A DNA stretch of 63,290 nt, filler included, from Collodictyon triciliatum (taxonomy: Eukaryota), in NCBI GenBank assembly GCA_043381765.1. It is 8 parts of 8 records of this genome, joined end to end, with 100 filler letters (N's around TTAATTAATTAA, not from the genome) between each part and the next. Parts side by side here need not be neighbours in the genome. Positions count along the whole stretch, not along the records: positions 43,245 to 51,419 come from JBHJMP010003552.1; positions 51,520 to 59,694 come from JBHJMP010003553.1; 6 more parts are not named here. One strand, 5' to 3'. A program made the translations under genes and the position numbers. Shown here piece by piece: positions 43,480-57,548 of the stretch; within the stretch, counting starts at the first letter, position 1, and the number at the start of each line of letters is the position of its first letter. Under the pieces are notes generated by a model. That model saw only the letters and a list, made by a program, of their open reading frames with translations, did not search any database and was not told the origin of the DNA.

Positions 43480-45306
43480 TTCAGATGTAAAGCAGGAACT
43501 CTCGTGCGGCGCTGCACATAATTAATCACATTTATTCTCCCTCTTTGCTTCAAGATCATAAACTTTCTTTTAAGCCAGATCAGTATGGCCGAAACACTTG
43601 GTATTACAGAAGGCCAAAGATATTGAATACTCAATCATCATTCATGTATCTAAAAGAGGGGTCTCTCTATCACTTCAGTCAGCCCGACCAAGCGTGGAAA
43701 TGAGAACCTTAGTATTTGACGATCGCTTTCCTCTGTCTGTGGCTTCGTATTACGAGCTCTTATGGGAAGACGCCCGCTTCATGAAGATCTATTTTGAAGC
43801 GTTAGGAGATCAGGGTTTGTGATTCATATTACTACACCCAAAGAATATTCGTGGGCACTTGAGATGTTTTTAAGAACAACGCCGACTTCATAGACATTGA
43901 TGTTTCTGATTGGACCGAAGTGGATGGTATTCTTCAAAGAAAAGTAAAGCATAAGAGAACTTTTATGGCTGACGGGTTTCGAGCCCTTGCAGGTCTTGCA
44001 GTTCCACTTCCCTGAATATTTCCTCCTCTTTCCATCTTTACGTTGTCACATATTGCATTTATACCTACTTCTACTTCTACTTCTACTTCTACTTCTACTT
44101 CTACTTCTACTTCTACTTCTACTTCTACTTCTACTTCTACTTCTACTTCTACTTCTACTTCTACTTCTACTTCTATACCTGAATTAAAGGGATTCAATTC
44201 AACACAGGACAGAATGTTGTTTCTTGCGAAAGCACTCAACTGCAGTTGTGGATCGATGATGAGTATGAGTCATAATTTAGTGTTCATCGAAGGAAACATA
44301 CATAGGCAAATGTAGTAAAATGTGAATTAATATATGCCAAATTCTATTTGCAAAGCCACCTAAACATCACAAATAAGCTTAAGCTGGATGCATCATTCTT
44401 TCGCAAGTACGTTCAGGTATGTTTTCCTTCCATCATCTACTAGGATATGATCTGATTTGATTTGATTTCATCTGATATATTATTAGTTTTTACTGTTATC
44501 ATCATTCTCATTATTATTATTGGATATTGCAATAGATACAAATCGATTGGATCATCAGAACATGTTCCACTGGTTGCCAGGTTATTGAAAAGGTTTTCTT
44601 CGAAGTAAATCAACCAGACAAAGGTTCATTATATTTTATCTGACTCTAATACTACATAGAAGCATACCATTTCTATTAAAACTCGTCAAGTAATATCCAA
44701 TATAGATGTCACACACCAATTAACCTATATTTAACTTTTTTTTTTTTGTTACCAGTGGCTATTGTCGAGGATATTCTGATTCAGATTTGTCATACCTACC
44801 ATTCAGAATATGTTAAATTGGCTAGAGTGGATGTCGCCAAGGTTTTTAGTTCTGCATTTTTTTCTTTTTACAGAATGCAAATTGATGCCTCTATTACCCA
44901 ATAAACTTGCATTTTTAATTAATGTAAGAAATTACTGAATCATATAAAAGAAAAAGCAATGAATATGAGAATCCGCCATCCTACTTTTTTTTTTTATTAG
45001 TAATACACGTTGGGTTCATAAATAAATACATAAAAATGCATTCAGTATGTCAAAAGAACGGCCTCTCAAGAGAACGCCAACCGCTCCATTGCGGAGAAAA
45101 ATGCCCGATTAGTATTTTATGAGAGCAAGGTACCAAGAATTAGAAAGCGACTTCAAGTAGTCGAGGCTCAGATAAACGAGCAAAATGTGCGTAAGACAAT
45201 TAAGCATAACATATTGGGCGTCATAGGTACCCAACCATATATATTTATGAACCACCCTTCAGTAAGATTTGATCATGCCTGTCCTATTTTTATTAACTGA
45301 ACCTCC

Positions 45307-45390
<84 letters not shown>

Positions 45391-45751
45391 CCGCTTTCTT
45401 AACGATTAGAAACTGCCTAATAATACAAACAAGACTCTTGCCAAGGTAAAATCTCGTTTTTCTCTACCAAAGCATATATATTTTGTAGCCGCTCATGAAT
45501 TATGTATATTGACCAAAGAAATCAACATCTAGTAATGTAATTATACCTTTTAGACTTCATCGAGCAACATGGCCCTGGCTCTAGATGTAGCTGTTGCTCT
45601 TTTGCTTGCCATTCTTTTGTACCACCTTATTGGTGGTATTCTATCTCCACATGGAATTCTTTCATTTACTCATGATGTGATTAACCTGATTGGGCTTTTG
45701 TTGGTTGGGTTTATTGCTTTTGAAATACGAAAGGAATCCAGGAGCGCCTAA
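43480..45751 (+). CDS. VASt/StART-like (LAM/Aster-type) lipid-transfer domain protein with two C-terminal TM helices; 5' incomplete
   Basis: FDDRFPLSVASYYELLW...FMKIYFEALGDQ|DIDVSDW...RKVKH resembles the start of a VASt domain. The last exon has two hydrophobic helices and ends IRKESRSA*. Confidence 0.6.
44065..44175. repeat. (ACTTCT)n hexamer microsatellite, intronic
   Basis: Directly visible; source of the spurious poly-EV/ST/L ORFs. Confidence 0.95.
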
Positions 45752-46163
45752 AGGGAGCTCTGCATGGGAAAAACTCCATGAAATAAAAGCACAAGGGCAA
45801 TTATATTGGATAACACTAAAGAGAGGTACAAAGCATCCAAAGACTTAACGACTATGATCAACTACAATTTTCTTTTTTTTCTTCTTAAAGAAAGATAATT
45901 GTAATTATCGCCGGGAAAAATGGAGGGATGCCTTTTTTGAGTTCGGGTTGTGCTGATTAGTTTGTCTCTTTTCTTCTCAATTGTGGTAGGTGTCATGCAG
46001 TGTCATTTTTCCTTGAGTGGTGGTTTGTCGAATACCTATATCACTAATTACTCCAGTGACCTAGGTGCTCCTTCACCAGTCATGAGCTTATTGGGATACC
46101 AATTCTTGTTAATCATCTAAATTACAAGTCCTCCCTACTCCCCACTCTACCGCCCTTCACAAG

Positions 46164-46206
<43 letters not shown>

Positions 46207-46457
46207 TTCCTTCTTATACAAACTTTCGCATACATATCGAATTGCGATAAATTATCATCATAATCATATCTGACTTTGAAGCACATCAATCGAGTGATGG
46301 AAATGGTATAATTTACCCATGAAAGGGGAACAATATATTCCCTGACTCAGTTAGCATTCTAAAAGGTATTGCGTCGGGTCATCTCGCAACACTCATGAAA
46401 CCATACGCGATGAGTGCTTATATTAGGTAATTTAACTAATTACACGATGTAGCGCAT

Positions 46458-46496
<39 letters not shown>

Positions 46497-46762
46497 GAAA
46501 ACGAATCACATAAAAATATTTGGAGTGGCGCCGAACCTCACTGAGTTTTATTTCCTTAATACTGAGTCTATGAAGATGCTTGCTTATTGCATAATGTAAT
46601 GCCTTTAATGATTTTTTTTTCAGCCACCTATAACCAGACAACCACTCCTGGTAAATTAATCTCATGGATTTTTTATATTATTTATAACTATCTAACTAAC
46701 AAAGACTAAACTGAAATGAAACCGAAAAAGGGGAATTGACAAAGACATGATAAAAAATACCG

Positions 46763-49443
46763 TTAAGGAATGAAATCCCAAATATCATCCTCTTCATGAA
46801 CACATGAACCGAACTTTGGTGCGTGTGTCATAGCTGAAGTATTCGTGTGTACAGATTCGGCAGTCATAGTTGCATTATCGAGTGCCTTTTCCTGGAATAA
46901 AGGTATGTTGGCCTGACTTTTTCTCCTCACTTCGATCTCTACCGCAGAACTCTCTGCTAATCTGGTTTCCTTTTCTGCAAGTATCCTAGATTCTGATGAT
47001 TTGTGTCATGTTTAAAGCATGATTGAGCTGTGCATATGAAATGTAGCACACAGAAACCATCCAAAATTAAAAGGATTAGAAATACTTGTAAAATCTTGAT
47101 AGTTTTATATAATTTACTTCTCCTAAGCAAGACTTTCTTGTGAGAATAAGCATAAATGGGGTCAGTAAACTTCTCGGCTATCACTTTTTCTGGATAATTT
47201 TCATTAATCAAAGTCAAGCGAATAGTAAACTCTCTCTCTTGGTGTCTAGTAGATGCTTCAGATATAGTTAACCCTGAGAAAACTACAGTATTATTTTTTT
47301 CGAGCCTAAGCTTTCTTGGTCCTCCAAATATTTTCTCAGAAGTATCGAACGGATATGGCTCCGGGCCAATAAGCGGACCTGGTGCATAGTATAACTCAGC
47401 AACCATTATATGGCAAGTATGATCAAATTTGATGTCTCCTGTTTCCAATGAAGCTATCAGTCCGAAGTTTCTAAAGGGGATATGATTTTATTTATCTACA
47501 AAAAGAGAGAGAGGAAAACCGGATTCTATTACAGCCAATACTTCTATATTCAAATTTACTACAAGAATTCAACATGAATAGTCATACATCGAATTCAAAA
47601 TCATAACTAATAATACAATATATATATATTTATTATAGAGTACGAATAGAAACCTTATTTCTCGAGGAGTACGAGTTCGAATCTCGTTTGGAGGTTGTGT
47701 GATAATTTCTATGGCTATAGCAGATATCTTTGGGTATTTTGAATTCTGAACAGGGGGTATAAAAAGAATACTTTCTCCTTGTTCAAGAGATACTCCTGTG
47801 GCGATATGTTTTGAATCATTTTCCATCTCACCACTTTCATGAGCTATAATACTGGTGTTGATATGGTCTGTCGCAAGAAAATCAGGATATGTTTGTTCCT
47901 GTGAGAAAAAATATGGTGGTAACTCCTTGCTAGAAAATCCTATGTTTGAGCTGGAAAATTGGGAAGGAAAAAACATCCGACACTCATTATTAGAAGGTAA
48001 ATGCAAATTAGTTGTGGTTTGGCTGTGAGTTTCATCTGTGTATGAGCCAAAGTCAGTGTATTTTGGGTCGGTATCGAGACCATATAAGGGTTGAAGGGAG
48101 TCAAAAAGGAAAGGGTCCATAATTAATTCCGAATGAAAAGAGGGCTGGTATGACGAAATTGAGTGGGATGCAACTGATTTTGAGTCCAGCAGAGATGTTT
48201 GCCCTTGAAGTGGTTGCTCATGATGAGAATTTAGCCGAACAGACTTTGAGCGCTCACCCTGGGATGATCTGGTGGTTTGCTGTATGCGGGCGATTGTGCT
48301 TTTTTGTATGCAAATTCTTATCAATGGCCCCAACAATCGGTCAACTTTGAAAGCTTTTGGATCTAGAATTTGGTCTCTATGACACACAGGACAAGTTTGA
48401 CATTCAGGTGAGGAATGACATAGACACTCCCAACAAAAGGGATGCCCACATGAAAGGATAACTGGGTTGGCACTCTGGGTGAAACATATATCACAGGTGT
48501 GTGGAGGTTGCAGAGGACAAAGCATTTCACATTTTGAAAAGATGAACCTAACCAACGACTCTCCCTGTAAGCATAAAGGATAAAATAAAAATAAAATAAT
48601 AATGTATAGACATAAAGGATAGAAAACTCATCCCTGGATTTGATTTTTATAGCCATGTAAATGATAGGAACAAGAATAACAACAATAATGACAATAGTAA
48701 TAACAATAGTAATAACAATAGTAATAACAATAGTAATAACAATAGTAATAACAATAATAATCATAATAATCATAATAATCATAATAATCATAATAGCAAT
48801 AGTATAAAAATAAAATAACCTCTGATGCGAGCATAAAAAGGACTCTTGATTTGTAAAAAGGCTGTGTCAAAAGCAGCTTGGAGGGTTGCAGAGCATCACA
48901 ATCATGAATCTGCTTATTGTGTTTCTTTATAATCTTCACTAAAGCGATGTAATTCAAAACAGTGTATTTTCTCAGATGATCCAGAGTATCCACAAAGTGG
49001 ACAATGTCAGCCGTAATTTCCTCATCATGTCCAAACCGAGGTATAATCTGTTGCAAGTGCAATCTAATGGCATCAAACTGGTTCACACATTCCTGCTCTA
49101 TGACTGAGTAGAAGCGATTGACCTTGTCGATTTCAGAATCGAGCAGAGACAAAAAGATGTCATGGATAACGAGGTCTGTGACTTTGTGAGGGGCTGCAGC
49201 CACGTGTGAGGACGGCGAAGAGAGGGATGACGCCATGGATGCCATATGCGTGGCTGGTGCCGAGAGCGATGATGAAGCAGTTGCTGGAGACAGCAGCTGC
49301 AAGGATTGACTCGCACATGCACCAACATTCTTTCTTAGCGGCTCGATAGAGCCTGAGAGCGACTTCTTGAGGGACTTGTAATTGACGTAGAATGCAGCCC
49401 ACTCTCGCTTTCCCTCGCGTTTTAGATGCTTGCCAAACTTCAT
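46763..49443 (-). CDS. SPX domain + C3HC4 RING + putative STAT/CudA-like Ig-fold DNA-binding domain protein (4 exons, 699 aa)
   Basis: Exons 49443-48820, 48564-47654, 47470-47118 and 46974-46763 join in frame (2100 nt). SPX: MKFGK, YVNYKSLKK, LNYIALVKIIKKHNK. RING: CDIC...CGHPFCWEC...CPVC. C-terminal domain: IEIITQPP...IFGG...VFSGLTISEASTRH...YAYSH (least certain assignment). Confidence 0.85.
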
Positions 49444-51540
49444 GGGTTCTCTACAGGCTGTTGCGTTTTTGCAGCTGGAATGAGATAGTCCGGTTAGGCT
49501 TCTGGAGACAGAAGAAGGATCTGTATATGATTACGATGATGCGTCTTGAATGAAATAGTCCCTTGTGTTTATTTATGATTGATAATCAGTGTTCGAGCCA
49601 TTGCTGGGCTTCTAAGGGCTCAGTCGGTTGGCCTCGCACAGGTTAGAGGGAGGATAGGCGGCAGATGCAACAGGATTGTGTAAACAGAAAGGAAACAAGC
49701 ATGAGTACGACGGGATAGAATACGGAGTAAGAGGTGATTTATTGCGTCAGAGAAATAGCCCACGAAACAATAGCGGCCAATTTGAAGACCCAAGGCACAA
49801 TTTATTTGTTTTGTCTCTTTTTTTTTTTTTTCATTCTCTTCGGCAGACACCACAGCCTCTTTTCCTTGTCATGAAATACGGTACAATCTATCACAGCAAC
49901 ATATAATCTCGCACACGAATAGGAAAATCGGAGGGAAAAAAAAAGAGGAAGAGGGCTGTGGGACAGGTTGGCCGATTCATCTTTGATTCTTGATTGATCG
50001 CAACCATGAAGGTTTTTTTTTTCATATACAATCATAAGAGGGGAGAGAGAGGAACAGAAAAAGATACTATAGAGGGTACAAAAGAAAGAAAAGATTTAAA
50101 ATATCTTATCTGTATCTTCTCGGAAGTTGGGTGCGGCCTATCAGCAAAACTTGGAGTTTGCAACAAGCACATTCGGATTCAAGCAAACCGATTATATCAG
50201 TTGGAGGTTGATAAGTCGGGGGAATTGTCCATTTGATCCACTCACTCAGTGTTGTCTGTTGTGGGCAAAGATGTTATGTTGAGCACAGGCAATGAATAAA
50301 TAAATGATATGTCCTGACTTATGGGAGAAATGGAGGCATTACCTCCTCGTTCACAGGCGGATTTCCAGTTTTCTCCTCTCTTTGACGTACTTGAGGCAGG
50401 GAGATTATATGGCCCAGTCATGGATTGCCTCGATCTGCAATTGTGTCAGATGGTAATAACAGGGTAAATTGAACAAGTAATGAAGCGTATAAAATCAGCA
50501 TTCTACACTAGTCCCTTCAATTTCTGCGTCATTTGGTAATTCTATGCGCAAAAAAAAAAACAGTAAAAAACTACATACAAAAATAAAACAAAAATTAAAA
50601 AATAGTAATGGAGAGTGCCCTACAGTCGAAAACGTCAGTCCAAGGGCCAGAACAGCCTCTTCATTTGCTATAATACAAGACACCACTTAACAATAACCTG
50701 AGAGCGATGCTTATCATAAACTATGCCGCAGTAGTGATATCAACCCATACGGTGGCGCACGGAATCAAGTCCTTCCCAGCGGCTGAACTAGCAACTAATG
50801 GGGACACTTATTCACCCAATAATGCTTCTGTGACAACCCGAGGGTCATGTCATATTTGCACGTCTTTTTTTCTTATTTCCATCCATTCTTCCCTTTGGTT
50901 CTTATCGGCTTCAACACAGCCACTTAGATAACCCTGAAGAGTCCTCGCACAAGACACTAGGTCTGTGCCGGCCCATGAGCCGTCGGTTGAGATACAGACG
51001 TGATGTTGGGGCGGTTTCATCACCCGTTTGACTTGCTCGCTGGTGCGCCGTTCCCTCGGTCTATTTAATGCGCTCTATTCTGGTGATTCGACGATAGTCC
51101 TTTTTCGGGGTCTGTTCCCAAGAATCCAACGAAATCATGCCGAATCGACATACTTCTTGGGAATCCATTTCGATAAGACACATCATAATATATGTACGTA
51201 AATTTTGATTATGCAATAGCTAAAATAAGCCTTTAGCAGGTTCAACATTGACATATATTTTATATTCCACATTATGTAATGATATATGGAATTTATAGGA
51301 GCCACTTCTAAACTTTGCCGTGTTTATACCCCGCAACGCCTGGTTACACGGCCATGTAAAAAAACAAAAACAAGAACAAAAACAAGAACAAGAACAAAAA
51401 CAAAAACAAAAACAAAGAANNNNNNNNNNNNNNNNNNNNNNNNNNNNNNNNNNNNNNNNNNNNTTAATTAATTAANNNNNNNNNNNNNNNNNNNNNNNNN
51501 NNNNNNNNNNNNNNNNNNNTTGAATTCATTAATATTGCAG

Positions 51541-52785
51541 AGTGGGCTCTGGAAGCGCATGCCGTAGTTTGTATGGAGGGTTCGTAAAGTGGGTCAAGGG
51601 AGAGACAGAGGAAGGATTGGATAGCAAGGCCGTTCAGGTAATTTCACACTCCCCATATATTACTTTACTCCACCAACCAATTTATGGTTTTTTTTTTTAC
51701 TCCCTTTATACATATATTAATAATATTCACTCATAGGTCGTTGATGAATTCCACTGGCCAGAGATTGTTATCCTTATCTTAGTTGTGCGTGATTATTTTT
51801 GACATTCATAAAATTATTTTGAATGCGAAAGGAATGATTACGATGTGCACTTTCATTCCTCACAAAGAATCATTCATTCCAACCTACACTAGGTCAGTTC
51901 CCACAAGAAGGACACCAGCAGTACGACCGGGATGGAGACTACTGTTCAGACAAGCAGCCTTATTATGGTATTCTAGTGATTGCCATCTTTATTTTTATCT
52001 TTATTAAAAAATATTAAATTCAATTATCTTTCCTTATCTTTATCTTTATCTTACAATCTAGATGTTCTAATAATGATGTTCATTCAATTCAATTCTATTC
52101 ATTTATATATACTTCTCTATTCCACAGCATCGGGCAAACGAGGTTGTCCCTGCCCGAATGCTCGCGATGGAAAAGGCCATCAAGGAAAGAGACTTCCAAT
52201 CTTTTGGAAAGATTACCATGCAGGTTGCCACAATACTATGCAATCTAGTGCATAACGTGAAAGCGAGATAACCACACATGAAATTCAAATATATTCATCC
52301 ATAACTTCTTTCATCACGTACCAATGCACTAATGCAACGAAACAGGACAGCAACCAATTCCACGCCACCTGCTTGGACACATACCCCCCAATCTTTTACA
52401 TGAACGACACCTCCAAGGCCATCATCCAGCTAATCACAAAGTACAACCAGCACGCCGGGAAAATCAAGGTGCCACCAAACCCCAGCCTCATCCTTATCGC
52501 ACAGCAGATGAACAACACGACATAAAAATCACTACGCATATCCATGTACACTATTGCAATGACAAACACAAAACACATGTCCAACTCCTATGATATTCAT
52601 CACAGGCCGCATATACTTTCGACGCCGGACCGAATGCAGTGGTTTATCTGGAGAAGGAGAACCTTGGCGAATTCCTCTCCATCGTCGACCATGCATTCCC
52701 AACAACACAAACTCAGGACAAGTATGGCCTGCTCCTCACTCACTCTTTATTCAGCATAACACCCATAAATAAGAGTAACAACAAT

Positions 52786-52818
<33 letters not shown>

Positions 52819-53120
52819 TCCCTTCCCCAGATACTACCCAAATCCCGAATCACGCGCCGCCCTCGACTCCAGCCGCGCGTCTGCCACTGCCGTGATTCAG
52901 CAACTCAACATCACACCCGCATCAGATGTTCTGCAGTACATTATTCAAACAGATGTAAGGCGAAGCAAACAACTGCCAATCACATTCCTTCCCTCTGTTA
53001 AACACACATCACTACACACGGTGCACTCAGGTTGGAAAGGGGCCCGAAGTCCTTGCGCCTGAGGCAAGCCTGCTGAACATCGAGAGCGGACTGCCACTCG
53101 GACCTGTGGATAGTCTCTAA
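51541..53120 (+). CDS. MVD: Diphosphomevalonate decarboxylase, 3' part (5' missing at scaffold start)
   Basis: [54 protein letters not shown] and VGKGP. Ends in TAA. Confidence 0.96.
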
Positions 53121-53236
53121 CACACACGCATAAACATAACGCCAATCAAGCACGCATCCAAGTATCCTCAAAAGCAGGCTACAAGTCTGATGAAGGCGGG
53201 AGTTTCATGGGGAAAGTCTGTGACAGGCGTGTATGC

Positions 53237-53829
53237 CTAGTTGTAGTAGACAACGTCGTTTGCGGGTGGATCGCTTTCGGCCGAGCGAGGCTGGGACTCT
53301 CCGATGCGCACGAGCTCTCGCACTTTGTCCAGAATCTGCTTGTCGTCCAGGCCTTCCACATCAGCGTGCAGCTCTTTTCCCCAGTCTATGCAGGAAGAGA
53401 CAATTCTTGTGAGAAGGTTGTCTGAGTCTCTGGTGCAAGCATATGGAAAGTCGCCTGGCAATAGATAGCAGACCATAGCGGGCGTAGAGACGCGCTGGGG
53501 CTAGAGCGCTTGGGCGCACCAGCATTCGGAGGCCGGGGTTGAGCTCCTTCAGATCGGCATAGTGCAAGGACAGGAAGTTTCTGTATGTGCGTTCATAAGG
53601 GAGTTGTGGTTTTGTGTGCGCGTAGAGGTTATGTGAGATTGTTTGCTTTAGTGGGAATACGTCCATGGGCATTTTGTTTTTGTTTTTGTTTTTTTGCTTG
53701 TTTTCTGGGTGTGTGTTTTGGATAAAATGATTACACGACGCCGCGGTGTGTGGGGACTTCGCTATTGTAGTGAATGCGAAGCTCCTGTAGGTTTCGGGAC
53801 AGAGTTGCACGCCACCAGCCGACAGACAT
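53237..53829 (-). CDS. NDUFA2: NADH dehydrogenase (complex I) accessory subunit B8, L51/S25/CI-B8 domain, 3 exons
   Basis: MSVGWWRATLSRNLQELRIH...GVVNFLSLHYADLKELNPGLRMLVR...ARLYARYDWGKE...VEGLDDKQI. Ends in TAG. Confidence 0.85.
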
Positions 53830-54924
53830 GGATGATATCTATGGTGGGCGTTTGATAGTTATGCGCCATCCTACCTTCCTTGCATCGTTCTTGGTTTTTT
53901 TTTTTTTTGACTTTTTTGATTTTTTTACTAATTTTTTGGTTTTTTTTGTTCTTTTTCATCTGATTTATGGTTGTGATTAGAATTTGATCGGGAATTTCGC
54001 TATTTGTGGAAGATATAACGTGTGCTGTGTTCTGGTTGGAAAAGCTGTGAGGTTGTGTGTTTTGACATGTTTGAAAGTGTGGTGATCTCTGGGAAGCGTT
54101 TTCAATAGCCTGAAGTACTTTATCTCCCACAGGAAAGCGAAGAAAGAAGGCTGCGCATCGTCAAGCAAGCAGGAAGCGAGTGGAAGGCCATGACAGAGGT
54201 TTCTTCTTGGTTTAGCATAGCCGATGCCGATTGTTCTTGTTCCTATCTCAATTTGACAAGCAAAGACCATACTCTCAAACGCTTCACATCCTCCAACAGC
54301 AGAAGGAGGCCGCAACAGAGCGCTTTGAAAAGTTCGATCGGGCGTTTGACCAGGTGGCTCTTTCTCATATTTTGTTTGGGATATATCGATTTTGTAGTAG
54401 GAAATAAGACGATTTTTGGCAACGAATATCTGTCGATTACTTTTTTCTCAGAGCACCCCAATTTTTTTTTCTAGAAGGATTGGTTGCCCGTCGCGCATAA
54501 CAAAACATGCTAGATTAAAGTTGAAATGCACATTTTGAATCAACATGTCCAATGTAGGTGGGCGATTACTGCGAATCAGTCGACGCAAAGATAACCTCGC
54601 ACTTCTCGACTTATTTCCCTGTGCTTGGTACTCGTGAGAGGAGAGCTTTCGAAGAGGTACGTCACAAAACTCGTTTCTTACCTAGTTTGCGATGCCTTTA
54701 ATTTTTAGTCAACGATAGTGAATGATAATCCATCTGAATTGAATCATGATATCTGGTGGAAAAAAATAGAATAAAATAGAAAAGAAAGAGTAAATTGAAC
54801 CGGTATGAGTCCACCACCACGCCTGCTGTTTGTATAATTTACCTGAAACATTTAATCCCTTCTTTTTTTTCCCCTTATTATTTCTTTTTTTCCTTTTCGT
54901 TTCGACGGTTGAATATTTGAATAG

Positions 54925-56948
54925 TTGGGGGACTGTCGCTCTCAGAACTTTAAACATGACTCCACCAGTGAACTATACTGCGCTTTTGTTCAGCAGTACT
55001 TAAATGATACTTTTCGGATGCTGGACCATGCAAAAAAGTCAAAAGCATCCGCCATAGTCTTGGCCCGGATTATTCATCGGTTCAAATTCGTCAGTAGTAT
55101 ACGCCTCCCTGAAGTACACCACCCTCAAATTATTCGAACAAACTTTGAAAAAGTAGAGGCACTCACAGATGAAGAGGTTATGAATGCATATGTGTACATC
55201 GGAAAATGGAAAATTAAGAGAGAAATCAGCTCCACAAAGTTTGAAAAATCCATAGGCTCAAGAGGCACAGAGCCTGGTCGCTTTCAAGAGTTAAAAGGAA
55301 TTGCTATCCATCCAATGACGCAGGAAATATATACTGCAGACGCCGAAAAAGGACTCATCCAAATCTTTTCTCCAAGTCTGACATATTTGAGAAGCTTTCA
55401 ATCATCATACCCATCAAGGAGCCTAACAAGATATATACAAGCTCCAAAGTCTTTCCTTTCCTTTTTCAAAAGATCTACTATAGAGAGCAGTGCAAAAAAG
55501 AGCACTAATCAAGAAAAATTGGAAAAGGTCGTGGATAAGTTCAGTCCATCCAGCTTATGTTTTTCTCACGATGGCTCACTCTGCGCTGTTGTTGACCACG
55601 TCAACAATACGGTGCATATATTCAATGAAAATGGAAAATGCGATGCGATTATCATTGGTGAAGTAGACACTCCTGGCCAATTCGATGGCATCTACAACGC
55701 TGCTTTTGATTCAAAGAAATTCCTATATATACCTGATTGTGGGAATTCAAGACTTCAGAAATATCAGCCGGATGGTACTTTCATCAAAACCGTGTGTTCA
55801 TCAGAAGAATCTGGCATGGTCTCTAACCCTTCAGGAATACTAATTACACCCAATGATGAGATTTACCTGTCATTCCAAGGGTCCGAGTTCGTCTCATTAT
55901 ATAATACAGAAGGGAGTTTACTCAAACAACTAAGCATTGAATATACTGGAGGAAGCTCTTTGGGACTTGCTCCCAACAACTTGTTATTTTTGGTTGATAA
56001 ATGGAACAAGGCTATTTTCTTTACCGCAGACGGGGTTATCAAAAAAAAGTTGTTGCTTGAAAGAGTAGGGGGAATAGTTTTTGACCTTAAGAACCGAATG
56101 CTAGTGTCTGAGGTAATGAATTGCAGCGTTTCTCAGTATGAAGTCTTTTGGGATTCTGATTCGATCGAGCACCCAACACGATCAGTTAACTTCTCTGGTA
56201 ACGAGCCGCAAAGACTTCACTCTCCTACAGGACTTTGTATTCATCCGACAACAGACGAGATATATGTGTCAGATGCGTCAACTAGGAGTATTTACATTTT
56301 TTGTCCTATATCCTTGAAATTTCTTCGATACCTAAGATTACAAGAAGGCTCTGGTTTACGAAATTCAGGATATCCACGTGACATTGCAATATCTGGCGAT
56401 GGTTCTATTATCGCTGTGTGCGATGGTTACAATCACAATCTCGTGCTATATGATATCAAAGGCACGTTTTTGAGGGCAACGGGAGCAGCTGGAAAAACTG
56501 AACATTTTCAAGGCATCGAAAAACTTACATTCGACCAACACGATAACATTTACGTCACAGAACTAACACGCAGACGCATCCACATGTTTGATATAGATTT
56601 GAAGTTTATTCGTTTTCTCGGAAACGCTAGTGGACAGTCACTTCCTAATAGTCCAGATGGAATCACTTTGAACGACGCAAACCAAATTATCGTGACATTC
56701 AGAGAGTCGCCTCAGGTTACTTTTTACTCAACGAGCACAGGAGAGGTGGTGAAAAATCTTGTGTTGAATTACATTCGAGACTCATTTGTCACAAGAGGAC
56801 CAGATTGCGGATTCATAATTAGTAGTCAATACAGCTCTTCAGGTGGCAAATCGGGCCAAGTCTTTGTTTGTTCTGAAGATGGACGCATCATTAAAGCTAT
56901 CGAAATGCATTCCCCAACCGGCATATGCTTTAATCGCCATGGCCGGCT
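54925..56948 (+). CDS. NHL-repeat protein with two tandem beta-propeller blocks (main exon; probable small upstream exons from ~54190; 3' end in the gap)
   Basis: About 675 open codons with NHL motifs (GSRGTEPGRFQELKGIAI, PGQFDGIYNAAFD..LYIPDCGNSRLQKY, LHSPTGLCI, YPRDIAI, SPTGICF). Confidence 0.85.
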
Positions 56949-57548
56949 NNNNNNNNNNNNNNNNNNNNNNNNNNNNNNNNNNNNNNNNNNNNNNNNNNNN
57001 NNNNNNNNNNNNNNNNNNNNNNNNNNNNNNNNNNNNNNNNNNNNNNNNNNNNNNNNNNNNNNNNNNNNNNNNNNNNNNNNNNNNNNNNNNNNNNNNNNNN
57101 NNNNNNNNNNNNNNNNNNNNNNNNNNNNNNNNNNNNNNNNNNNNNNNNNNNNNNNNNNNNNNNNNNNNNNNNNNNNNNNNNNNNNNNNNNNNNNNNNNNN
57201 NNNNNNNNNNNNNNNNNNNNNNNNNNNNNNNNNNNNNNNNNNNNNNNNNNNNNNNNNNNNNNNNNNNNNNNNNNNNNNNNNNNNNNNNNNNNNNNNNNNN
57301 NNNNNNNNNNNNNNNNNNNNNNNNNNNNNNNNNNNNNNNNNNNNNNNNNNNNNNNNNNNNNNNNNNNNNNNNNNNNNNNNNNNNNNNNNNNNNNNNNNNN
57401 NNNNNNNNNNNNNNNNNNNNNNNNNNNNNNNNNNNNNNNNNNNNNNNNNNNNNNNNNNNNNNNNNNNNNNNNNNNNNNNNNNNNNNNNNNNNNNNNNNNN
57501 NNNNNNNNNNNNNNNNNNNNNNNNNNNNNGGTATTGACACGGCATAAT

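Noticed and set aside
50090-51200. Exon-like minus-strand fragments upstream of the SPX gene
   Set aside because: The frames I tried were interrupted and no family was recognised.
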